DNA of 63,912 nucleotides, the filler included, from Octopus bimaculoides (Eukaryota): NCBI RefSeq assembly GCF_001194135.2. It is 11 parts of 11 records of this genome, joined end to end, with 100 filler letters (N's around TTAATTAATTAA, not from the genome) between each part and the next. Parts side by side here need not be neighbours in the genome. Positions count along the whole stretch, not along the records: positions 21,966 to 42,494 come from NC_068992.1; 10 more parts are not named here. The stretch is one strand, 5' to 3'. Shown here in pieces: positions 27,731 through 41,559 of the stretch. The position numbers and the translations under genes were made by a program. Position 1 is the first letter of the stretch. Each line of letters opens with the position of its first letter. The notes under the pieces were generated by a model. That model ran no database searches and was not told the origin of the DNA. It was given only the letters and a program-made list of their open reading frames with translations.

Positions 27731-28694
27731 CATATACATTAGATTATTTTATAGTGTTTACATTGCATTCGTATATATGGCCATGAGAAAAACCTTTTGT
27801 ATTTAAACAACTTTCCCTTTAATATTGTTTATACCCCCTTTTTGCTCACCCCCTCACAACTGCTCTATCGTAAATTTGGCTGCAATTTACATTCATCATC
27901 ATTTAATGAGTTTAATAATTTCAAGTAATTTTCTATCATAGTCAATTTCGGTGCAATTTTATCATCACTTAAATCATAATCCTAAAAATTATTCATATAT
28001 TTTTCATTCAGTTACGTAGCAGATGATAATAATCAAAAACTGCATACATTACACTCTAGCATTTTACGTCTGCTTGTACTGAAATAAATGGTGTACTTTC
28101 AACTTCAGTTTGAATTATATTAACAATTACTCTATTATTTGCAAGTACAATAGAGTATTGAATTTTACTTGAATTTCACGAAAAATGCTTTCATTCTTCT
28201 TTGGAAGAAATTCTAGATACAACAAAATAAATCTATTTCAGCAATATAATTCAATAATCTAGTTATAATTACCTTTCCCTCATATCCACGCAATGGCAGA
28301 TTTGTTCGCAAGCATAAAAGAAACGTTTATGAATCATCTTGAATATGATCTATTTTCTTCGACTAATTTGTTACGCTGTTCTTTTCCATATACAGCGAAC
28401 ATATTTTAAACCTTTTCTAACTATTTAAGTGGTTGATAAGCATAAGAATGATATTTGCAATCACTCAGAAAATGTTTATACATATTATAACCTCATTCGG
28501 TTACTACTTAACCCGATTTCAACTGCAAAAGAAAAAAAAAATAAATAAACAAAACAAAACAGAAGGAATCCACCATGGGCAACAATAAACTTTTTGCCGA
28601 TGCATATGTGCATAACAATCATTTTATTAGTAACATCTCATTGAAACATAACCTTTTGGTGGGACATTTTCGTTTCCATGTACACTGTAACTGT

Positions 28695-28840
28695 ATGGTA
28701 AGAAGCTTGCTTCCCAACCACATGGTTCTGGGTTCAGACACGCTGCATGGTACCTTGGTGTCTTCTACTATAGCCACAGAGCCGATCAAAGCCTTGTAAG
28801 TGGATTTGGTAGACAGAAACTGAAAGAAGCCCGTCGCATA
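28695..28840 (+). mobile_element. Family-A SINE, 5' half
   Basis: GGTAAGAAGCTTGCTTCCCAACCACATGGTT...GGATTTGGTAGACAGAAACTGAAAGAAGCCCGTCG. Confidence 0.85.
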
Positions 28841-30669
28841 TGTAATAGGATTTTACTCTCTCCCTATATATATATATGAATAAAAACATAAATTAACAGG
28901 GACCTGAATCGTCTGAAGAATGCCGATGGAGAATTCTTAAAATTGACTTCAGTTACGGCAATTTCTGTTGCCTCATCAGTTAAGCACGCTCGATTCTTCA
29001 GCTTTTTTTTTATATATATATCAAAATTATTATTATTATTGTTATCATTTAAAATAGTTTATTCGGCTCCAAGCGACTTAAAGCTTTGCGGGCTTCTAAA
29101 AGAAACCCATCTCCTTCAGGTTCAGATTACCGAATCTAAACCCTCTCAAGGCGAAAACCTGTAAGAATCCAATGAAACTTAAAGTCGCATAGAGCTGAAT
29201 CAAACTTTAAATAATAATACCTGTAACTCTTAATTAATGTGCTGAGTGTCCTTTTCTTTCGTTTATATAATACACACGCACACGCACACACACAGATGCA
29301 TACATAACTGGTGCGCTGACTGTTTTGTTTTGCTTCAATACTGTATCATACAAATTTTATAGATTTCCACATTAATGTCGTATGTACACATGAAAACAGC
29401 TTCTCTTTAAATACAACATATTGATAGTGAGATCTAGATAGATCAGCGAAACAAGTTTATGGAAATGCAATGGCCATCGAGTATCGTCTTTACCTGTCAA
29501 CGGTGATAATATTTATTGTTCTATTACTGACTTCAGTAAATAGAATGCACTGATTTACTTATAACGCTTTCTTGTCAACTATTTCGAATAACAAATTACT
29601 GGTATGTTAAAAGACCATTGTTTTAATGCTTTTCTATAATAAAATGCATATCTATAGATTTTTACTTGCACCTAGTGCAGTATGTTCATATTGCCAACAC
29701 AAATAAATTTTCTGTTGTTGTTCCTGTTGTTGTTCCGGTTTTGACTCTCTCCTCGGTTGCGCATATTCTAAGATATTAATATGGGCCCCCGAGTGAGAGT
29801 TGGCTGCTATTTCTACCAGATTGTGCATTCACGTAGAAGCATTCGGTTTGCATCTGGCCAATTATTATTTCTCACCTACAATGAACTACACATGTGGCCT
29901 TAAGTACTACGATTGTGTTCTTAAGTGCCGCATGAACATCAATCATTTATAGCGAGACGCGGATGGCAGAATCGATAAAGGGTTGAACAAAATACTTTGA
30001 GGTCCCTTAGTGATATTCTCAATTCATACCCCTCCAAGGTAATATTTACATTTCATTCCTCCAAGGTAGGGGCGATGAAGTTAAGGTACTAAATTCATAT
30101 TAAATTGAGAAATCCCTCCTCCACAAAATAGTGTGTAGTGAAAAGTGTATACACTTATATCATAAACTAAATCAAGTATAACATTGTGGGTATACGAGAT
30201 TGGTTTAAAATCCGCTACAAGCTATGATTTGGAAGGGGATGTTCGAGGTGCGAGGACAAGATCATTAAAACTTTTCTTTAGTATTTCAACGAATCAATTA
30301 TTTGTGGGAGATCGACTATAAGAAATGATGAATTTTAACCAAGAGTTATTCAAACTTGCTGGAAATAGACTAAATTGGAGATGTTATTTCTTTATTCAAA
30401 ATTAATAAAAAGAATAAATAAATTAAAAGCAAAAGAAACTTGTTAAAAAGTTGTTTTTTTTTTACTTCTTGTAACTGATGAAGAATGGCTAATATTGGCA
30501 ACGTTAATCTTCTGAATGACTCAAAATTCACTTCACACGAGCAGACCCAACAATTTCTTCTCGTCCATTTCCTTCCGTTTTCAACAGACTTCCTGTTTGT
30601 GACATCACGGCCTTTGATAAAATAGCATGCAACTTTTCAGATGTTTTTGCTTACGTTAAGTTTCTAATT

Positions 30670-31920
30670 CTCAATACCATCGTGGTTGATGATCTTGTCC
30701 ATGTTTTTGTTGTAGCTGCAGCAGTTGTTGTTGATGTTGTTGTTTTATTGTTGTTGCTGTTGTTGTTGTGGTGGTGGTGGTAGTAGTGGTGGTGATAGAG
30801 TTGTGGTAGTGGTAGGGGTTAGTAATATCAGTATTTAGAGTGTTAGTAGTTTTCTATTCTGGTGGTGTCGATATTTGTGCTAGGAGCGGAATTAACGATG
30901 ATGTTCGCGATGGTGTTGGTGACAGTGGTAGAACAGGAATGGGTTGGTGGGCATTACTACAAGAGTGTTAGTGATGGTGCTAATACACGAGTGGGTTAAT
31001 AAATGATGTTTATGAAGTTGTTGGTGATAGCAGCATATACAGGTGGGTTGATGGCCATGGTCATGGTAGTGTTGGTGATGCAGTGTATTAATATAGGAAC
31101 GTTGGCATTGGTAGAGCATTAATGGCGTCAATGAAAAAAGATGTTGACGGTGAAGATTGCATGATTATAGTCCTCATAGTAGTAATGGTGGTGTTGGTGA
31201 GTATTATGGAATGGGTGTACTTCAGGTTCATTAGGATGGCATTTGCGCTTGGAAGTACCGTATTATAGAGAAGCTTGCTTGTCATGGTGATAGCGTTTCA
31301 TGTAGTGAGTATCATGTTGTGGGAATACTTATTGGTCATTAGGATAGCAGTTGTGTTAGGAAATACCATGTCATAGAGAAAGTTGCTGGTCGTTGTGACA
31401 GATCTTCCAGTAATGAGTATCATGTTGCAGAAACACTTAATGGTCACTTGTGGTTGAGGTCATGCTAGAGAGTATCAAATTATTAGAGTACGTAATTGAT
31501 ATTGTGATAGTGATCGTGAGGAGTATCAAGCTATAAGAGTACTTTATGTTCTTTGTGATGAGGCTTGTGATAGAATCCTTTTTATAAAGGTACGAAGGGA
31601 TTATTTTGTGATGAAGAGTATCATCTTATTGGTGATCATTGAGATGGTGATCACGATGAGGAGTATCATATTTATTGACACACCTAACAGTTATCGACGT
31701 ACTGCCTGGTGGTGTTCGTAAATTAACTTGCACGTTAATTTCACGAGCAGGCTGTTCCGTTGATCGGATCAACTGGAATCCTCAACGTCATAAGCGACGG
31801 AGTGCCAACAACAATGCTCCTTGTGGCTGACGTTACTTTCGAGTAATTTATGTTATTGTTGATAATCTGTTTGTTCCACCTGTTCTTGTTGTTATTATTG
31901 ATGTTTGTTTTGTTATTATT

Positions 31921-31965
<45 letters not shown>

Positions 31966-32330
31966 GGTGGTGGTGGAGGTGGTGACAATAGTTAGGTGAT
32001 AGTGGGGGGTGGGGGTGTTCATGAAAGTGATGAAGCTGCTGTTGGTGGTGGCGTTGTTAGTATTAACTGTCTTTCAGAGTTGTTACTCCTTCTCCTTCCA
32101 TCGTTGTTCTTGCTATTGTTGCTGATGTCGTTGCTGATGGTAGAGGTAGCAGTGTATCTGGTTCTATTATTATTGCTGGTGTTTGCAGTGTTGATGGCGA
32201 TGCTATTAATGGTTACGGCGTTAATGGTGGTGGGTTTAATGGTAATGGTGCAGGTGAGATTGTCTTCATTTTTGTTCCTGTTGATGCAAGTAGTGTGAAA
32301 GGGTTGTGGTGCTGGTAGTGGTGATAGTGA

Positions 32331-32393
<63 letters not shown>

Positions 32394-32460
32394 CATTATT
32401 GTTGTTGTTGTTGTTGCTGATTGTGTTGGTTGTTGATGTTGTTATTGAGAATATTGGTAT
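30670..32460. repeat. GGT/GTT/GAT/ATT trinucleotide-rich low-complexity region containing a SINE 3' module at ~31680-31810
   Basis: Directly visible; the module TTGCACGTTAATTTCACGAGCAGGCTGTTCCGTTGATCGGATCAACTGGA is shared with other SINE copies. Confidence 0.8.
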
Positions 32461-32667
32461 TGGTGAGTATGCTTGTGGTGTTACGGTTTTACAGGAAATT
32501 TAGTTTCCGATCAAAATAAAATCCATTCCAAATTGGTTTTTGGTTTTTCGTCTCATTTCTTAAATTCTCCGTTCTATCGGTTCTCTCTTTCCTCCACCTA
32601 TCTTCTTCTCCGTCTTTCGTTCTCTGTTTCAATTTTTGTCCGTCTGTCTTTCTGTGTGTGTGTGTGT

Positions 32668-32733
<66 letters not shown>

Positions 32734-33464
32734 CTGTGTCTCTGTTCCCATCAATACACAGCGTAATGGTCAACAATACAAATTAATGCTCCAAGAAGAT
32801 CAAGGGACATTCAGTAACTGTTTGGAAAGTTATATACTTATATACACTGTCTTCAGTAATAACAAGCCTAAACCTTTTTTCCAAGGTCTTACCTTTAATA
32901 ATGTTCTTCATTCTTACTTTTAAAGGAAAACAGCAAAAACAAACAAAGACAGCAAGGAATAGCAAATGAAACTATTGCTTTCACGACAAGGTTTATGAGA
33001 AGGGCGGGAAGGAAGAACATCGTACATGAGTGCTGGGATATCCTGAAATCTCTGGAAATAATGAAGAGTTGAATTCACAGATACAAAGATGCTCCATCAC
33101 GAAACATTGTACCTCTTGAGAAAATTCTATTCACAGGTTTTTAGTTGTTTGCTATGATTCTGCAGGACTACATGTACATCATTAGTTACTCGTCTTGTTG
33201 CTTTTAAGGCAATGCATATAGCGAAATCTTTTGAACGTACGGAAAACTGCTTTGCAATATTTATTCCTGCTCATTACATCAAAGATCAAATCCTGCCTTG
33301 GTTATTGCTACCTTCCATCTTTCCGATAAAGTAAAGCGCTAGTGAAGCACTGCAATCGATTTAATTGACTGACCTTTTCCTTCAAATTTTAGGCTACATG
33401 CCTATGTTGGAAACAGTTACACCGGGGAGCATAAATTTAGTCGAGTTAGAATTGATACTGGATT

Positions 33465-33990
33465 TTGACTAACTTTTGGCCTCTGAATCCAAAACTAATC
33501 CCATTTTCTTTGTATCACATCTACTTTTTGAGCTACAAGATACCTTCACTTTATCTCAAAAACAAAAGCAACACAAAATTGCTGAATCTAACAATTTTGA
33601 ACTCAGTGTATACAATATTTAAAAAATTTACAAACAATAGAAAATAATAGAATATTATTTGACTTTAATGTTTGTATAAATTTATTTTGTTCATAGAAGT
33701 ATATTGTTACTGCAAGATAAATTGTGTGAATGTATTTTAGATAAAAATTGACGCTTATAGTATTTCTTGGAGTGTTCAATCTGTGGACAATTTCGCTTCA
33801 TATTCAAACAATAGTCAACCATCATATTTACATCCCATTGACCCTGATTTTGTTCCTCTATAACCAATTGAGGACGCAAGTAATATTGGCAAACAGAGTC
33901 AAATGATGAAATGACCGTGACACAGCGGCACCGAACACAAGGAAGAATGCCGATTGATTTGTTGTATCTCATACTAGAAGTCTCCAAGTA
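33465..33990 (-). mobile_element. DNA transposase C-terminal relic (resembles CMC-Chapaev-3 type)
   Basis: EEQNQGQWDVNMMVDYCLNMKRNCPQIEHSKKYYKRQF resembles the MExRYQGxWxxxMMADYCW.LxRD terminus. The family name is from recall. Confidence 0.5.
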
Positions 33991-34121
33991 AATAACATTC
34001 CTCTTTAATATCCGTTTCCTAAGTCAAGCAATGATATAAAATATAGACATACACAAACCTGCATATATACATATCCATACACACGTACAAACCTAGTTAC
34101 ATGAACAAACCCAAACACGCA

Positions 34122-34170
<49 letters not shown>

Positions 34171-35479
34171 ACACGCACAGACACACACACACTCACTCAC
34201 ACACACATACAGATACATAACTATAAGATGACAATTGTAGGGTCGTTTAAGCGCTAATCGTTTCAACTCGATATGCTGTGACTTAATGTCTGCCGAGGTC
34301 AATCGTGCCATCTATCATTTCATCATTTCGGTGCCTATAAATAACGGGTATATCTTTTAGTGGGACCTATTCTTGCCTTTTCTTCTCTCTAGTTACGTCT
34401 GGCTTTCTAATATTTGAAGGAAATCAACTGTAGCAAGACTCGAAGCACGATGGCCAGCTCCACGGTGTCTAAAAACGCCCAAGGCACACCGGCATGTTAG
34501 CCATCACTATGATTCCATCATGATCCTAGGTATACATGTATAAGTATGTATGTACCTAAGAATCTAATCCGCTATCTTTTCTGCCTTATATTCAACAGTT
34601 CAAGGGGAAATAGCTTTGATTCTCTCCTTTTGTTTCTTTCTGTTTTCTTTCTCGTTTTCGGTTGTTTCAACTTACCACCATTTATATCTTCTTTATTCTC
34701 GCCTTTTTTCGATTTTTCTCTTATTCTATCGTTCTATTTTTAGTTTGTTAGGCTATGTAGGCAGTGCCTGAAGAATGTGCTAGGACCCCAGATATGTTAA
34801 ACATTACTGCCGGCATGCTTTTATCACATAAAGCTAATAGTAGTACATAAAAACATACAGTGTGCTCATTAAATAATATTTATATTTCACCAGATGCAAT
34901 TCATTTTCGTTGATCTTACCATCACTGAACAGCAGAGAATATGTGAATGTGAAGTAGATACGTAGGTGTATGCAAATACATAAGCACGTGCTTTTAAAAT
35001 CATGCAGTATGTGAGTGTTAGTGCTTGTAAGTTTATATTAATGTGCGTACTTATGTACTTAACATTTCTAAGTGATATTTGTAAGACACCTGTTCATATA
35101 CAATATGCAGATGCTTTGTATCACATCACTGACCTATTTCTGAGATTTCCAACGTATGACACATTTTTAACAAATGGGGAAGAAGATAAAGTCATTGTTG
35201 CTATGTATCATGCTAAATAAATCGCTCTGATATATACTTTCGCACATTAATTGGGGTTCATCTTGGACATTTTTCATTCGGTATATTTTTACGATTGAAG
35301 TGTCTCATTTCTACCTCCCTTAAGATTCAGAGACATAGCTTTGTATGTGTGTGTTCGCGCGCGAGCGTGTTTGTGTGTATGTATAAACATATAAGAAAAG
35401 TAGCTAATTAGAAAATCTCAATAAGAGATGAAAGTAGTAACTATACTGAGAAGTAATGTTTATCGTGACAACAATATGG

Positions 35480-35610
35480 CTACTTATTTTATCCAGCTCG
35501 AAAGAATGAAAAGCAAAGTCGACTTCGACAGGATTTGAACACAGAACGTAAAGACGGACAGAATGCTAAGTATTTTGCCAGGACTGTTAACGATTCTACC
35601 AGCTCACTGT
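35480..35610 (-). mobile_element. Family-B SINE, partial
   Basis: GAAAGAATGAAAAGCAAAGTCGACTTCGACAGGATTTGAACACAG...AACGATTCTACCAGCTCAC. Confidence 0.7.
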
Positions 35611-35654
35611 TGAAAATTCCTCTGTTTTTCTCACCACTCATTAACGCGCTAGAA

Positions 35655-35709
<55 letters not shown>

Positions 35710-36130
35710 TATATAACTTAGGAGAACAGAGATTTACATATCCAGGTTCAATTACTCAGTTAATCACATCTAAGAATATGTGAACAAGGAATTGTATTCC
35801 GAAATATCATCGGACTATAGATAACTACAAGTATATAGTCCATTTTTTTGTATTATAGTGCATTGTTGTACCATTCAAAACTTTTTATTCTTTATATNNN
35901 NNNNNNNNNNNNNNNNNNNNNNNNNNNNNNNNNNNNNNNNNNNNNNNNNNNNNNNNNNNNNNNNNNNNNNNNNNNNNNNNNNNNNNNNNNNNNNNNNNNN
36001 NNNNNNNNNNNNNNNNNNNNNNNNNNNNNNNNNNNNNNNNNNNNNNNNNNNNNNNNNNNNNNNNNNNNNNNNNNNNNNNNNNNNNNNNNNNNNNNNNNNA
36101 TACGAATTTACCTTTATATATACATATATA

Positions 36131-36411
36131 TATACAAAATATTCTATAATTATATACATACTTATAATTAAGGGTCAGATAGGTGCCTCGCCAGGTACTG
36201 AATTAGAAATAGATGCTAATGTCTTTTCAACTACCACAAAAATCTCCGAGACAATAACACGTTTTTATGCAGGTAAAATGTGTGTTATTGCCTCGGAGAT
36301 TTCTATGTTAGTTGAAAGGACATTAGCATCTATTTCTAATTTAGCACGTGGCGAGGCACTTAGCTGACCTTTGATTATAATTATGTATATAATTATAGAA
36401 TATTTTGTATA
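36131..36411. repeat. 281-bp fold-back palindrome
   Basis: 130-bp ungapped inverted arms with 13 mismatches (manual alignment) around a 21-nt centre. Confidence 0.9.
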
Positions 36412-36469
36412 ATTCACCTAAATTTTTTTTTTTAACGGATTTACTACTTGGTAAATTATTACTAATTTT

Positions 36470-36780
36470 ACCCTTAGTGGTTGGGTATTCCTAGCAGTGC
36501 GTTGAATCCTTGAGCAAGAAACTTTGCTTCATGTTGCTTCAGTTCACTTAGTTAGCAAAAATACGTTGTACCTGTATTTCAAAGGGTCAGCCTTGTCACA
36601 CTCTGTGTCACGCTGAATCTCCATGAGAGCTACGTTAAGAATATGCGTGTCACACTGTGTTACGCTGAATATACACGTGTCTGTGGAGTGCTCAGCCACT
36701 TGTACGTTAATTTCACGATCAAGCTGTTCCGTTAATCGGATCAACTGGAAACCGCGTCATCATAATCGACGCAATACCAA
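36470..36780 (+). mobile_element. Family-C SINE with internal duplication
   Basis: CCTTGAGCAAGAAACTTTGCTTCATGTTGCTTCAGTTCAC head; GTCACACT(C)TGTGTxACGCTGAAT occurs twice; GATCAACTGGAAACC end. Confidence 0.75.
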
Positions 36781-37702
36781 CAGACTCTCACATCTATGTA
36801 CACATGAATATATCTATGAGTATTATTAATATTTTGTTATTTTATTAATCGAACTAGCTACCAAAGATGCCTTATTTATGCAAATCGGTATTATGTTTTA
36901 ATAAATACATAACAATAACGACTACAGATACAATATCACCATGGACAGTTAGAAATGGTTACTTAGTTACTAATGAAATCTCATGAAAGTTTGATAAAAG
37001 TCAGCTTCTCCCTTCATCTCTTCATATTGATATTGTGTGTTAGATTTTAAGACTGTGCAGTGATTTTAATTAAAATTAAGTTAATCACGCAGTGTTGGCT
37101 GGAATGTGTGGACGTATGCAAATGTGCATATAAGTATGTATGGGTGTGAGTGTGCATGTTTGTATATATGTATGTATGTATGTATGTATACGAACAGATA
37201 TAAGTATGTATGTGTACTGTAGTATATTATAGAAACAAACATTTCTAGTTTCATTAGTTATCTAAGTTTACAATAATATGTGTGGGTGAGAGTGCGTGTG
37301 TGTATAGACATAAATATATATGAATATATATAAATATATATATATATATATANNNNNNNNNNNNNNNNNNNNNNNNNNNNNNNNNNNNNNNNNNNNNNNN
37401 NNNNNNNNNNNNNNNNNNNNNNNNNNNNNNNNNNNNNNNNNNNNNNNNNNNNNNNNNNNNNNNNNNNNNNNNNNNNNNNNNNNNNNNNNNNNNNNNNNNN
37501 NNNNNNNNNNNNNNNNNNNNNNNNNNNNNNNNNNNNNNNNNNNNNNNNNNNNNNNNNNNNNNNNNNNNNNNNNNNNNNNNNNNNNNNNNNNNNNNNNNNN
37601 NNNNNNNNNNNNNNNNNNNNNNNNNNNNNNNNNNNNNNNNNNNNNNNNNNNNNNNNNNNNNNNNNNNNNNNNNNNNNNNNNNNNNNNNNNNNNNNNNNNN
37701 NN

Positions 37703-37737
<35 letters not shown>

Positions 37738-37810
37738 GTCGTCGTCGTCGTCGTCGTCGTCGTCATCATCATTGCAGTCGTCGCCACTACCACCACCACC
37801 ACCATGATCT

Positions 37811-37841
<31 letters not shown>

Positions 37842-39109
37842 AATCATCATCATCATCATCATCATTGTAATCATCGTTATTTTCATTATCATCATCGTTG
37901 TCGTCGTCTTTTACTTCCAGCTCCCTCCCCCATTCCTCCTCCACCTCCTCCTCCTCATCATCATCATCCTCAAAATTTTCGTCGCCGTCATTATTATGGT
38001 AATCGATTATTCAATTCTAGACTATTCCTAGATTAGTAAAAAATACTTCTGTAACTAAATACGGAAAAACTGCACCTTATGTTCACCGCAGTGTTACAAC
38101 GAAATGTTAATTCGTTTTACCAGAATCACATTCTTTCTTTCCTTCTCTTTCTCATTCTCCCCCTTCGTTCTATCTCACGTACACACACTCATGCATGCAG
38201 ATACAACAAGGAAGTGCAATATGATGGCTCGCCCAGCAAATAATAACAGTAAAATCTACGTTCTGAACTAAACAAAGGTTACGTTTAACTTTACATTATT
38301 TATAAACAAAAAAGGGGTCAACATTTATTTCCGAGCCGTCATGGCCATTAATCCCTAAGGGAACATTCTACGGTTATGTTTTCCCCTCTTCCCGTCGAGT
38401 TATCACAAAGAGATATAGACTTTTGTGACTCATTACTGTTATACGTTTTTCCTACCGAGACGTTGTCTCCGTCCAATTTTACTTACTGTAGGCAATAGCT
38501 GTTAAGTTACTTGCATTTACAATCTTCTATGTGCGCTCGTGTGTGAGTGCTGTTGGAGGCTTAACTTGATGTTGTTTAATTTTATGTGTGTGTTGCAGTT
38601 CTTATTGCTAAGCAAGTCATTGAAACTATTCTCTGTGTTGTTATCAAGAGTAAAGTCATTATACTTTCTATTTAAATTATATTTGTTCCGCTGCAAAACA
38701 TTCTTGTTCATCGAATATTGTTTTTTTTTTGTTTTTTATTTTATTTTTTACTTGTTTACTGTCTGCAGAAGCATAGTTTGCTTCCGTTCGAGATTTAGGT
38801 GTCCCCTCTTAAAGAAGCCATTTTATCATTTAAATAAATGAAAAAGAAAAGCTTCTTTTTAAAGTAAGTCTTCTTTTTTTTTTACTTTTTTGTCTTAAAG
38901 ATGGCGGAGAGGATGAAATAAAATGCAAACAATTAAGCAGATACTTTCTTATGTTGTAGCTTGACATAAAGTAAACACAATTTGATTAAATCCTACTCCA
39001 AATATTCAATACTTGAAAATTCCATGACAAAAGGTTTCAAAAATACAAAACAACGACAACCTCAAAACATGATAAATAGCAGCAATACTGCAATAATAAT
39101 TATGGTTTC

Positions 39110-39260
39110 TGATAAAAGCAAAGGACCAGAATTTTTTAAAGGAAAGGATTAGTCGATATCAACACTCACACTACTTCGCTGCTACTTTCTTCCATCGACA
39201 TTGGAAGAATAAAAGACAAAGTAGACCTTAGCAGAATTAGAACTCAGGACATCAAAAACC
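39110..39260 (-). mobile_element. Degenerate family-B SINE
   Basis: GGAAGAATAAAAGACAAAGTAGACCTTAGCAGAATTAGAACTCAG resembles the family-B body. Confidence 0.55.
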
Positions 39261-39807
39261 AGAAATGCCGTTTCTACCAATAATAGTGTTCCTATGGAAA
39301 ATCCCTTGCAGGATTAAGATACATCCTCTAACATTCAACGTTGAAATGCAATAGAGATATCTTAAGAAGTCATTTCTCTTTCTTCTTACAGACAGCTCTA
39401 CATTCAATGTTTGAGATAATTATAATTTAAAATTAGAATTTAGAATAAATTCAAGCACCTGTACTGAAAAAGCTGTAGAACGAACAGTAATATAGTGCAA
39501 GGTGTGCGGAGGGGTGGAGCACACAAAGAGGTTATTTTAATATATGTGAGTGTGTTTGTGTCTGTGGTGGTGGGTGAGTGTTGTAGTCGGAGGTGTGCTA
39601 CCTTAGGAAAGAGGCAGGCAATTTAGCTACCGCACAAGATGGCAATTATCCACGCTACGCAACTAAAAAAGAAGTAACCATTGACTAATCAGATTTGATT
39701 TGTTTGTTTATATAATTACATCAGATTTTGTCCTACAGATATCTGCAAGTGTCTCCATCTGGTATTGACCAGTTCTCCATATATGGAAAAAAGATTACTT
39801 CGGTTTT

Positions 39808-40051
39808 TTCGAAGGAAATTTTAAAAGCTGTAATGCAAACCACCAGTTTCTTTAGTTGGCTAACTATGTATGGGATGTGAAGTCCAAATGTACACTACAT
39901 GCAATCAAGTGGAGGATCGTAGAGAAAGCTACGCAATATATGAATGAATCAAAGTGATTCAAGTTAGTTGAATGATAGCACACTACATAATTCCAGATGC
40001 GAATGTTCTAGCAGATATTGGCACATAGAAAAGTTTCTGTTTTTGAACTGG
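39808..40051 (+). mobile_element. Penelope-like element GIY-YIG endonuclease C-terminal relic
   Basis: FEGNFKSCNANH; LANYVWDVKSKCTLHAIKWRIVEKATQYMNESK* (cf. LSKYIWxLK...IKWxI..KAxxYxNxxKxC); SRYWHIEKFLFLNW (cf. CRHxxKFLLxN). Confidence 0.65.
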
Positions 40052-40282
40052 AGGTCACCAACTGCTTCGCATTGAGTAGATATCTCATATACTTTGACTC
40101 ATCTGCCTAATATTCTACACCAATTAGATTAATCATGACTTCTACAAACAAAGAGAACGAAAATCTTGGGTTATTATTAAATTTTCTTCTGTTTATTCTC
40201 GTTCCACTTTTTGCATCAATCTCCTTCATGCTTCTTTCTCGTTTTTCTCATGATTTTGCAAGAGTCATGGTTTACAAATAGG

Positions 40283-40350
<68 letters not shown>

Positions 40351-40581
40351 ATGTATGTATATATATAACATATGTATATAATATATATGTGTGTGTAATA
40401 CTTAGAGAGTTACACACATACACTCACACATGTATGGAGATTAATGCGTGTGCGTGTATATATACTCTTTTTCCTATGTAAATTTATATACGCGTGTGTG
40501 AATGCGTGCATGTGTATTGTATACGTGCTTATAACCACAAACACACGCACAAACGCAGAGACACACACAGTAACACAGAGA

Positions 40582-40627
<46 letters not shown>

Positions 40628-41039
40628 TATATAATTGTATGTGTATATGTGTGTCTATCGAAAATGCCATAAATAAACTCTTGAATGAAAAAAATAATTT
40701 GAATAAAAGAAAAAAAATTCCTTTCCATCAAATTTGACGAGTTTCCTAATTCTAGACCTGAGACACGAAAGCAGAAAGAAAACAGTATGTAGTAAAAGTA
40801 GTATAGTTGTCATATAAAACACTAGATAGCCTAATTAGGTCCATAGCAAACCGCCTATTATCTGTCTCCTCTTTAGGTGAACATTCGTCAACTGATGCCG
40901 TATAAATTATTTTCTGACCTTCTAGAATAACTTAGTTGTCTGTGTGTCTGCTGTGTCTTCAGTCTTAACCGGCATAGTTGCTGCGCTGCAGATCAGTTTT
41001 CAATTCATGGGTATAAACCATTATTTTCTTTTTTTACTT

Positions 41040-41215
41040 AGACATTGTTCTGCGGCCATGGTGGGGCATAGACCTATCGGATTTCGTCGAATAAATGGAT
41101 TTCGGTACTTGTTTTTTAAAACCTGGCATTTATCCTATCTCTAGCTTTTGCTGGGCCACTAAGTTATGGAGGTAAACAAACCAGCACCGGTTGTCAAGTG
41201 TTGGGTGTGAGGTAA
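41040..41215 (-). mobile_element. Family-A SINE, 3' half
   Basis: CTGCGGCCATGGTGGGGCA...CACTAAGTTATGGAGGTAAACAAACCAGCACCGGTTGTCAAG. Confidence 0.7.
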
Positions 41216-41241
41216 ACGCAAAGCATCACGCGCGTGCTCAC

Positions 41242-41285
<44 letters not shown>

Positions 41286-41559
41286 GAACAAGTTTTTTTG
41301 TCGAAATGGAGGACATCAGCCGCTCAGGAACGTGTAACTAACACCCTGATTTTGGCCTCCTCCGGGTTGTATTATTCTACACCAGCTACATTGATTATGA
41401 TTTCTACAAAGGAGACAAAGACCTTGTTTTTTTTTTTTTATTTTCATTCTTTGTACTCCAGCTTTTGCATCAACCTTCTTTGCGTTTATATCTTCATTTT
41501 TTTTTTCTCATGTTTTCTCATAGACCAGCGTCCTGGTTTTAAATACATCGAGACTGAAA

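Noticed and set aside
28815-28827. GAAACTGAAAG IRF-like word inside family-A SINEs
   Set aside because: It is part of the SINE consensus and not evidence of local regulation; kept only as a caveat for the IRF finding.
34760-34811. GGCAGTGC-CTGAAGA...ACTGCC, a hammerhead-like frame
   Set aside because: No GAAA and no convincing stem II; too degenerate to call.
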